Positions 23,732 to 33,981 of a stretch of 64,000 nucleotides of DNA are shown here, piece after piece (within the stretch, counting starts at the first letter, position 1; every line of letters begins with the position of its first letter). The notes under the pieces were generated by a model, which had not been told where the DNA came from, ran no database searches, and worked only from the letters and a program-made list of their open reading frames with translations. The position numbers and the translations under genes are program-made. The stretch covers positions 1,498,901 to 1,562,900 of the forward strand of contig CM082593.2 of assembly GCA_040954595.2 (NCBI GenBank), read 5' to 3'. The DNA comes from Balanoglossus misakiensis. Taxonomy: Eukaryota; Animalia; Hemichordata.

Positions 23732-26700
23732 AAATTTCAAAATTTGGTGGTTTTTCGACAAAAACCATGGGTTATAGCTCATGAAAATCATCCAGAAATG
23801 TCAATTTTTCGACTTCGCGAAATTTCAAAATTTGGTGGTTTTTCGACAAAAACCATGGGTTATAGCTCATGAAAATCATCCAGAAATGTCAATTTTTCGA
23901 CTTCGCGAAATTTCAAAATTTGGTGGTTTTTCGACAAAAACCATGGGTTATAGCTCATGAAAATCATCCAGAAATGTCAATTTTTCGACTTCGCGAAATT
24001 TCAAAATTTGGTGGTTTTTCGACAAAAACCATGGGTTATAGCTCATGAAAATCATCCAGAAATGTCAATTTTTCGACTTCGCGAAATTTCAAAATTTGGT
24101 GGTTTTTCGACAAAAACCATGGGTTATAGCTCATGAAAATCATCCAGAAATGTCAATTTTTCGACTTCGCGAAATTTCAAAATTTGGTGGTTTTTCGACA
24201 AAAACCATGAGTTATAGCTCATGAAAATCATCCAGAAATGTCAATTTTTCGACTTCGCGAAATTTCAAAATTTGGTGGTTTTTCGACAAAAACCATGGGT
24301 TATAGCTCATGAAAATCATCCAGAAATGTCAATTTTTCGACTTCGCGAAATTTCAAAATTTGGTGGTTTTTCGACAAAAACCATGGGTTATAGCTCATGA
24401 AAATCATCCAGAAATGTCAATTTTTCGACTTCGCGAAATTTCAAAATTTGGTGGTTTTTCGACAAAAACCATGGGTTATAGCTCATGAAAATCATCCAGA
24501 AATGTCAATTTTTCGACTTCGCGAAATTTCAAAATTTGGTGGTTTTTCGACAAAAACCATGGGTTATAGCTCATGAAAATCATCCAGAAATGTCAATTTT
24601 TCGACTTCGCGAAATTTCAAAATTTGGTGGTTTTTCGACAAAAACCATGGGTTATAGCTCATGAAAATCATCCAGAAATGTCAATTTTTCGACTTCGCGA
24701 AATTTCAAAATTTGGTGGTTTTTCGACAAAAACCATGGGTTATAGCTCATGAAAATCATCCAGAAATGTCAATTTTTCGACTTCGCGAAATTTCAAAATT
24801 TGGTGGTTTTTCGACAAAAACCATGGGTTATAGCTCATGAAAATCATCCAGAAATGTCAATTTTTCGACTTCGCGAAATTTCAAAATTTGGTGGTTTTTC
24901 GACAAAAACCATGGGTTATAGCTCATGAAAATCATCCAGAAATGTCAATTTTTCGACTTCGCGAAATTTCAAAATTTGGTGGTTTTTCGACAAAAACCAT
25001 GGGTTATAGCTCATGAAAATCATCCAGAAATGTCAATTTTTCGACTTCGCGAAATTTCAAAATTTGGTGGTTTTTCGACAAAAACCATGGGTTATAGCTC
25101 ATGAAAATCATCCAGAAATGTCAATTTTTCGACTTCGCGAAATTTCAAAATTTGGTGGTTTTTCGACAAAAACCATGGGTTATAGCTCATGAAAATCATC
25201 CAGAAATGTCAATTTTTCGACTTCGCGAAATTTCAAAATTTGGTGGTTTTTCGACAAAAACCATGGGTTATAGCTCATGAAAATCATCCAGAAATGTCAA
25301 TTTTTCGACTTCGCGAAATTTCAAAATTTGGTGGTTTTTCGACAAAAACCATGGGTTATAGCTCATGAAAATCATCCAGAAATGTCAATTTTTCGACTTC
25401 GCGAAATTTCAAAATTTGGTGGTTTTTCGGCAAAAACCATGGGTTATAGCTCATGAAAATCATCCAGAAATGTCAATTTTTCGACTTCGCGAAATTTCAA
25501 AATTTGGTGGTTTTTCGACAAAAACCATGGGTTATAGCTCATGAAAATCATCCGAAAATTAGAATTTTTCGACTTTGCGGAATTTCTAAATTTGGCCGAT
25601 TTTTGAAAAAATCATGGGTTATAGCTCATGAAAATCATCCGAAAATGAGAATTTTTCGACTTTGCGGAATTTCAAAATTTGGCCGATTTTTGAAAAAATC
25701 ATGGGTTATAGCTCATGAAAATCATCCAGAAATGTCAATTTTTCGACTTCGCGAAATTTCAAAATTTGGTGGTTTTTCGACAAAAACCATGGGTTATAGC
25801 TCATGAAAATCATCCAGAAATGTCAATTTTTCGACTTCGAAATTTCAAAATTTGGTGGTTTTTCGACAAAAACCATGGGTTATAGCTCATGAAAATCATC
25901 CGAAAATTAGAATTTTTCGACTTTGCGGAATTTCAAAATTTGGCCGATTTTTGAAAAAATCATGGGTTATAGCTCATGAAAATCATCCGAAAATGAGAAT
26001 TTTTCGACTTTGCGGAATTTCAAAATTTGGCCGATTTTTGAAAAAATCATGGGTTATAGCTCATGAAAATCATCCGAAAATGAGAATTTTTCGACTTTGC
26101 GGTATTTCAAAATTTGGCCGATTTTTGAAAAAATCATGGGTTATAGCTCATGAAAATCATCCGAAAATGAGAATTTTTCGACTTTGCGGAATTTCAAAAT
26201 TTGGCCGATTTTTGAAAAAATCATGGGTTATAGCTCATGAAAATCATCCGAAAATGAGAATTTTTCGACTTTGCGGTATTTCAAAATTTGGCCGATTTTT
26301 GAAAAAATCATGGGTTATAGCTCATGAAAATCATCCGAAAATTAGAATTTTTCGACTTTGCGGAATTTCAAAATTTGGCCGATTTTTGAAAAAATCATGG
26401 GTTATAGCTCATGAAAATCATCCGAAAATGAGAATTTTTCGACTTTGCGGTATTTCAAAATTTGGCCGATTTTTGAAAAAATCATGGGTTATAGCTCATG
26501 AAAATCATCCGAAAATTAGAATTTTTCGACTTTGCGGAATTTCAAAATTTGGCCGATTTTTGAAAAAATCATGGGTTATAGCTCATGAAAATCATCCGAA
26601 AATGAGAATTTTTCGACTTTGCGGAATTTCAAAATTTGGCCGATTTTTGAAAAAATCATGGGTTATAGCTCATGAAAATCATCCGAAAATGAGAATTTTT

Positions 26701-29583
26701 CGACTTTGCGGTATTTCAAAATTTGGCCGATTTTTGAAAAAATCATGGGTTATAGCTCATGAAAATCATCCGAAAATGAGAATTTTTCGACTTTGCGGAA
26801 TTTCAAAATTTGGCCGATTTTTGAAAAAATCATGGGTTATAGCTCATGAAAATCATCCGAAAATGAGAATTTTTCGACTTTGCGGTATTTCAAAATTTGG
26901 CCGATTTTTGAAAAAATCATGGGTTATAGCTCATGAAAATCATCCGAAAATTAGAATTTTTCGACTTTGCGGAATTTCAAAATTTGGCCGATTTTTGAAA
27001 AAATCATGGGTTATAGCTCATGAAAATCATCCGAAAATGAGAATTTTTCGACTTTGCGGTATTTCAAAATTTGGCCGATTTTTGAAAAAATCATGGGTTA
27101 TAGCTCATGAAAATCATCCGAAAATGAGAATTTTTCGACTTTGCGGAATTTCAAAATTTGGCCGATTTTTGAAAAAATCATGGGTTATAGCTCATGAAAA
27201 TCATCCGAAAATGAGAATTTTTCGACTTTGCGGTATTTCAAAATTTGGCCGATTTTTGAAAAAATCATGGGTTATAGCTCATGAAAATCATCCGAAAATG
27301 AGAATTTTTCGACTTTGCGGAATTTCAAAATTTGGCCGATTTTTGAAAAAATCATGGGTTATAGCTCATGAAAATCATCCGAAAATGAGAATTTTTCGAC
27401 TTTGCGGAATTTCAAAATTTGGCCGATTTTTGAAAAAATCATGGGTTATAGCTCATGAAAATCATCCGAAAATGAGAATTTTTCGACTTTGCGGTATTTC
27501 AAAATTTGGCCGATTTTTGAAAAAATCATGGGTTATAGCTCATGAAAATCATCCGAAATTGAGAATTTTTCGACTTTGCGGAATTTCAAAATTTGGCCGA
27601 TTTTTGAAAAAATCATGGGTTATAGCTCATGAAAATCATCCGAAATTGAGAATTTTTCGACTTTGCGGAATTTCAAATTTTGGCCGATTTTTGAAAAAAT
27701 CATGGGTTATAGCTCATGAAAATCATCCGAAAATGAGAATTTTTCGACTTTGCGGAATTTCAAAATTTGGCCGATTTTTGAAAAAATCATGGGTTATAGC
27801 TGATGAAAATCATCCGAAAATGAGAATTTTTCGACTTTGCGGAATTTCAAAATTTGGCCGATTTTTGAAAAAATCATGGGTTATAGCTCATGAAAATCAT
27901 CCGAAAATGAGAATTTTTCGACTTTGCGGAATTTCAAATTTTGGCCGATTTTTGAAAAAATCATGGGTTATACCTCATGAAAATCATCCGAAAATGAGAA
28001 TTTTTCGACTTTGCGGAATTTCAAAATTTGGCCGATTTTTGAAAAAATCATGGGTTATAGCTCATGAAAATCATCCGAAAATGAGAATTTTTCGACTTTG
28101 CGGAATTTCAAAATTTGGCCGATTTTTGAAAAAATCATGGGTTATAGCTCATGAAAATCATCCGAAAATGAGAATTTTTCGACTTTGCGGAATTTCAAAA
28201 TTTGGCCGATTTTTGAAACAATCATGGGTTATAGCTCATGAAAATCATCCGAAAATGAGAATTTTTCGACTTTGCGGTATTTCAAAATTTGGCCGATTTT
28301 TGAAAAAATCATGGGTTATAGCTCATGAAAATCATCCGAAAATGAGAATTTTTCGACTTTGCGGAATTTCAAAATTTGGCCGATTTTTGAAAAAATCATG
28401 GGTTATAGCTCATGAAAATCATCCGAAAATGAGAATTTTTCGACTTTGCGGTATTTCAAAATTTGGCCGATTTTTGAAAAAATCATGGGTTATAGCTCAT
28501 GAAAATCATCCGAAAATGAGAATTTTTCGACTTTGCGGTATTTCAAAATTTGGCCGATTTTTGAAAAAATCATGGGTTATAGCTCATGAAAATCATCCGA
28601 AAATGAGAATTTTTCGACTTTGCGGAATTTCAAATTTTGGCCGATTTTTGAAAAAATCATGGGTTATAGCTCATGAAAATCATCCGAAAATGAGAATTTT
28701 TCGACTTTGCGGTATTTCAAAATTTGGCCGATTTTTGAAAAAATCATGGGTTATAGCTCATGAAAATCATCCGAAAATGAGAATTTTTCGACTTTGCGGA
28801 ATTTCAAAATTTGGCCGATTTTTGAAAAAATCATGGGTTATAGCTCATGAAAATCATCCGAAAATGAGAATTTTTCGACTTTGCGGAATTTCAAAATTTG
28901 GCCGATTTTTGAAAAAATCATGGGTTATAGCTCATGAAAATCATCCGAAATTGAGAATTTTTCGACTTTGCGGAATTTCAAATTTTGGCCGATTTTTGAA
29001 AAAATCATGGGTTATAGCTCATGAAAATCATCCGAAAATGCTCATGAAAATCATCCGAAAATGAGAATTTTTCGACTTTGCGGTATTTCAAAATTTGGCC
29101 GATTTTTGAAAAAATCATGGGTTATAGCTCATGAAAATCATCCGAAAATGAGAATTTTTCGACTTTGCGGAATTTCAAAATTTGGCCGATTTTTGAAAAA
29201 ATCATGGGTTATAGCTCATGAAAATCATCCGAAAATGAAAATTTTTCGACTTTGCGGAATTTCAAAATTTGGCCGATTTTTGAAAAAATCATGGGTTATA
29301 GCTCATGAAAATCATCCGACAATGAGAATTTTTCGACTTTGCGGAATTTCAAAATTTGGCCGATTTTTGAAAAAATCATGGGTTATAGCTCATGAAAATC
29401 ATCCGACAATGAGAATTTTTCGACTTTGCGGAATTTTAAAATTTGGCCGATTTTTGAAAAAATCATGGGTTATAGCTCATGAAAATCATCCGACAATGAG
29501 AATTTTTCGACTTTGCGGAATTTTAAAATTTGGCCGATTTTTGAAAAAATCATGGGTTATAGCTCATGAAAATCATCCGAAAA
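23732..29583 (-). repeat. Satellite array, right arm in inverted orientation: about 67 copies (88-bp variant, then 87-bp variant)
   Basis: Reverse complement of the left-arm family. 23732-~25550 is the 88-bp variant with TTTTTCGACAAAAA; ~25900-29583 is the 87-bp variant (29-codon periodicity in the ORF track); the two are interleaved at 25550-25900. Confidence 0.97.
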
Positions 29584-29662
29584 AATCACGAGCCATTAGG
29601 TGCGTGATTTTAGGCGCACATTTTTGGCATCCAAAATCACAAGCCGTGAGGTGCGTGATTTT
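29582..29662. repeat. Pair of 30-bp palindromic direct repeats capping the satellite array
   Basis: AAAATCACG-agccattaggtg-CGTGATTTT (29582-29611) and AAAATCAC-aagccgtgaggtgc-GTGATTTT (29633-29662), separated by a 21-bp spacer. Confidence 0.85.
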
Positions 29663-30280
29663 ATAAAGATAAATGTTCGAAATAGAAAAAAAAATCCCAC
29701 ACAAGATTAAACGTGTATCATGTATTTTATTAGATAAATATCAAGTTACAAGTTGATAATGGTATTTTTCTAACTATACATTGCCAGAGTGGTAGGTGAA
29801 GGATGACTAGGTCAACAAAATTGCACCAGGTACAATGCATCATGGGTAACGAAATAAAAAATATAACTGGGGACATCTAAACGGAAGACATACCATGAAC
29901 GGGGTAAAATTCTCACACATACTGATTGTATTGGGATATTTACAGTTCAAATTAATTCACTTTGCATGATGGTGTTGTTTGATGATAAAGTTTCTGATAA
30001 AGAAGATACAAGTATCTTGGAATCACATAGCTTATGAGTTAGAAATGTTTCCAGAATCCCTTCCATAAGTGAGATTATAATATGCCAACTTCATACACAG
30101 CTTTTTATTAAATAAAGTACGCATCTGCTTAAAATTTCAGTCACATACAATTAAGATATCCAAGTGTAGTAAGTACATTAAGATGGCAATTCAAGTTGGC
30201 TGTAGATTGTTCTCACAGCTTTTAGTCTTTGCATTTTGAGGGAACATTTTGAGTAGGCGATTATAAAATAACAACTTTCC

Positions 30281-30460
30281 TTAAACCAGTGACAGCAATT
30301 AATTGCATGACTTGGCGCATCATTTTCGACAACCATTTAAAATTGATTTCATTTCAAGAAAGATTTCTGACTGGACTTAAAAAAGACCACACTAAAAATC
30401 TACTTGATCACCCTATTGTCATCTTTGATGACCAAGCTTTAGTTGCAGTCACTGGTTTAA
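30281..30460. mobile_element. MITE-like element with 20-bp terminal inverted repeats and TTAA ends
   Basis: Left TTAAACCAGTGACAGCAATT versus reverse complement of right TTAAACCAGTGACTGCAACT (18/20 identical); 180 bp, non-coding. Confidence 0.7.
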
Positions 30461-33400
30461 AGTTTTGAGAAGCGACAACAGCTTATTCTCTCTAAGAAAC
30501 TGTCGCAACTGAACTGAAAATCTAAACATCGCCCTCAACATTTTCGGATAGCCATTTGAAAATAGGCATATATTATGTTGAAATGAGAAAATGACAAATA
30601 CTTAAGTCTTGGACTTAATCGTTACAAACTTTTCATTACAGAATTTCTGTTTTGTTGCTGAGAATTTTGTAGACCAGTTTTGATGAAGTCTGAAACAAAG
30701 TCACAAGGCAAGAATTCAAGGTCACCAACTGACCTATGGCCTATTTTTATTTGGTAGATTTTCATGGTAAAGAGTAAAACCGATTTTCAAAATACAGCTC
30801 ACTGCCTTTATTAATCATTTCCATAATTAGATATGTCCAAATTTTGCAAGGATAAATTATAACACAGTTTTCGAGTGTTTCAGGCTTACTGGTCACAGAT
30901 GATGATTTCAAATTGGTTAGTAAAAAGTCGTTGGCAGACTAGACACAGGGTGGACAAAATCACCAACAAACTCATCTTCAAAAGATAACAGTAAGAGTTC
31001 AGCAAGAAAAAACAGATGAGGTAAATATGTAGACAGACCATCAATTGTTCACGAACTAATTATTGTTGACTCTGTCTCATCTTGCAGAGTGTCACTGTCA
31101 CAGTTGAATTCTGGGTATTTGGAAACTTGCGATTTGATTGATTTTAATACTGGCAAGTTTATACAACAGAGAGAGGGAGAAAATTCTCAGACAGTTCTGG
31201 ATTTGTTGATATATTTGTTGATAAACTGATTCAAACTGGTTGCAGCCATACTCACTGAATGAGAAAATGCTAAAACTGGTTGAAACTAGTTTAGCTCAAA
31301 TGTCAGCACTGTGAAGTGACTTCTGCAAGATTCAAAGACAGAATTATTCTAGGACTAATATAAAGTTCACTCTATTCCGATAACCAATTTGACTAGTTAG
31401 GACTAGCCAAGTATCCACCTTTCAGTGCAAAACATTGGGATTCTGATAAATGCCTTGAATCTCACCCTCTTGTTGGGACCTGACCACCCCTGTTACTAAC
31501 TAGAATGAGCTTGGTATGGCTGGGGGTGAAAGGTGAACATAAGGGGAAAGGTGAACCATGGAAATATCATACTTTGCATTACCCAGCAGGTCATCAGCAT
31601 TTTACAATGCTGTAAGACAGTCCATGAAATAATGAAATTTTCAGGATATGAAGTGGTAACAATTGTACGTTTGTACAATCACGAAAAGCTGGTATTTTTT
31701 ATCACTTTCATGTCATGTCATTATGACATGAGAATTATGCTGCTGGGCGAAAGAAACAAAGATTTCCATGGCAACCTCTCCATACTGAAAGGTTACTTGT
31801 TGTCATGGCAACTCATCTACTGGCAAGCAATGTATTTCGCTAAAAACAGCTGAGCATAATTGTTTGAGGGCTGGGCTTCATCTGATGTAAAACTTTGAAC
31901 TCTGATGATGAGATAAACATCTTATTATCTGACAAAAAGTGTTTTTCTATTCACATGAACTGAACAAAACTTGATGTTTTTTTGATACAGTAGTGCTCAT
32001 AAAGTGCAAAACATATTTTTTCATGAAAAGTGCAGCTGAATCAGATATACAATCAAAAAACTACCATCTTTTAAAACCCACATTGTGAAGAAAGGTGAAA
32101 ATATTTACAAAGCAGAGAGTTTGAACTTACAGCTACATTGTGGTTTTTCTCTACAGTTAAAAATACATTTTGTATAATACTATGTTTGACAGTTTGGCCC
32201 AGGAAAGGATGCGTTTTTCCTCCTTCATCAAACTACTATCAGCAATTGTACAGTTTCCCTCTCATTGTATGCACTTTTCGGTGTAGGAGTTCTTTTTCAT
32301 AAAATATCTGCCATGATTTCTCTTTCATATCAACGCATCTGATAAAAACTGTCTTCAAGACTGACAACATAATAAAAGACTTTGGTTCAGGTTTCTTAAA
32401 AATGGGGCCACAGATGACAGATAATTGTGTTCGCCTGTGATAAGCTGCCCTCCCCAACATTACCTTTTTGAATGGAACATTCTTCAACACTTGATGATTA
32501 CAAGACAGTACCATAACAAAAACGAGGGGTGGCTAAGTATATAAAAATGATGTGTCCAGTTAAAAATTCCACAGTCAGACACAATTCTCAGTTATCAGGG
32601 CAATGGGTTAAAACACAAGTTGTTTCGAAAATAAGAACATGTCTCGAGAAAATAACATTTGGTTGAGAATTTAACAAAGGAAATTTTAAGAAAAATGGCA
32701 GGGTACGATTTTAATCATATAAATCAATAATTGCTTCAGATTGTCCACTACTAGAGAAAGCCTACTCATCAAGTTTTGAAAGGTCAACTTTTTTTTCTTT
32801 TTTGGTAGAAGCTATGGAGAACGTGGTATAAATACTTGATATAGCAATATACAGTTTCAGCACAAACCTTTCTTTATATATATTGGGTGACATTTGACCC
32901 CAATGATTTGCCCTCTGACCTCTCTCATAAATATGTTTCTACATCAGAGCAAAAAAATCTTTATTCTTTGTATGAATAAATTCTCTGCACGAAAGATAGA
33001 ATTAATTCTGTCTCTCTGTCAAATCTAAAAAACTTTTTTTTGATTTCCATAAGAGTTTTTTTGTAAGTAATTTCCTCGACGTCTGCTGCAAGTGTTCGAG
33101 TAGCAGTTTGCAGTCCACTGCCCTTTTATATACAAACACAGAAGTCTATCCAGCCTCCACTGGAGGAAAGAGTTTAAGATACAAATAGCTTTTGTCGTCA
33201 ATTTCCTGTAATACTCCACCTTCTTAGTTCCATTTTGCGATAATCGTTGACTTTACGAGGACAGGTGATGAGTTTTGTACACATCATTGTTTCTCCATCA
33301 TCACTTTCAGGATTTGTGTGTACACCTGGTGTAATTAGCCAATCAGCACGGAACGAGAGTGACAAGCCAATGGATTTGTCTGCCACTCCATCCAATCAGG

Positions 33401-33867
33401 TTTAGCCACTTGCACTTGATATGTGGGCAGTACTTTGCAAAAGTTCAGAAGTCCACAAAGAATAAACGAAAACAATCTTTCTTCCACGAGCTTTCTCCCC
33501 CCTTCATCTTGTCCTCAGCAATCACAACTTGCAGCTGATTACTTCTCCACGTCAGTTTCATTTCTCGTCAAGAGTTATGTATCACAGCGGACAGATAGAA
33601 AAGGCACAGTACACCACATGAGAGAACAGCAGCACGCACCGACAGAAAACACCAATGCATCTGGAACATCCAATGGATCCGCTATGTACAGTCTCAATTT
33701 CTTTGAGTTGGCAAGCGTTGCTATGTACAGCTAGAACATCTGGTTTCACCAACTTAGAAAATCGCCGTGGCAACTCGCCCGGTCCCACGTCTCGCAACAC
33801 AAACATCAGCTTTGTCGGGGGTCGTTCAGTTTATAATCATTTGACGAAGTCCTCAAAATTCCGGCAA

Positions 33868-33981
33868 TTATGCATCAAACAATGACAAGAGGTCATCATT
33901 GTTATCACTGTTATTTGGTAAATCTGGTGGCCCAAGATACGACAAGAGTTCATTTGGATCCACTACGTTCTCAGGAAGCAA
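33868..33981 (-). CDS. ZMIZ1: ZMIZ1 last coding exon
   Basis: [37 protein letters not shown]; strong pyrimidine tract and CAG acceptor. Confidence 0.92.
   Translation of the reverse strand: MLPENVVDPNELLSYLGPPDLPNNSDNNDDLLSLFDA

Noticed and set aside
23700-23760. Foldback-read (palindromic chimera) artefact as the explanation for the inversion
   Set aside because: Sequences on either side of the junction belong to different subtypes, so they are not a mirror of one molecule. A contig mis-join is still not excluded.
25852-29064. 1070-aa ORF (and the 201-aa continuation) as a protein-coding gene
   Set aside because: It is a direct translation of an 87-bp tandem unit lacking stops; sister 88-bp units do not keep frame and no domain is recognisable.
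7067-29583. CRISPR array
   Set aside because: No unique spacers, no cas genes, and the context is eukaryotic and spliced.
25900-29583. CENP-B box in the repeat (TTCGACTTTGCGGAA)
   Set aside because: Only TTCG fits TTCGnnnnAnnCGGG; the A and the CGGG are not in register.
7040-29680. Target-site duplication around the array (AAAGGTATGTT versus AAAGATAAATGTT)
   Set aside because: The similarity is inexact and AT-rich; not a convincing TSD.
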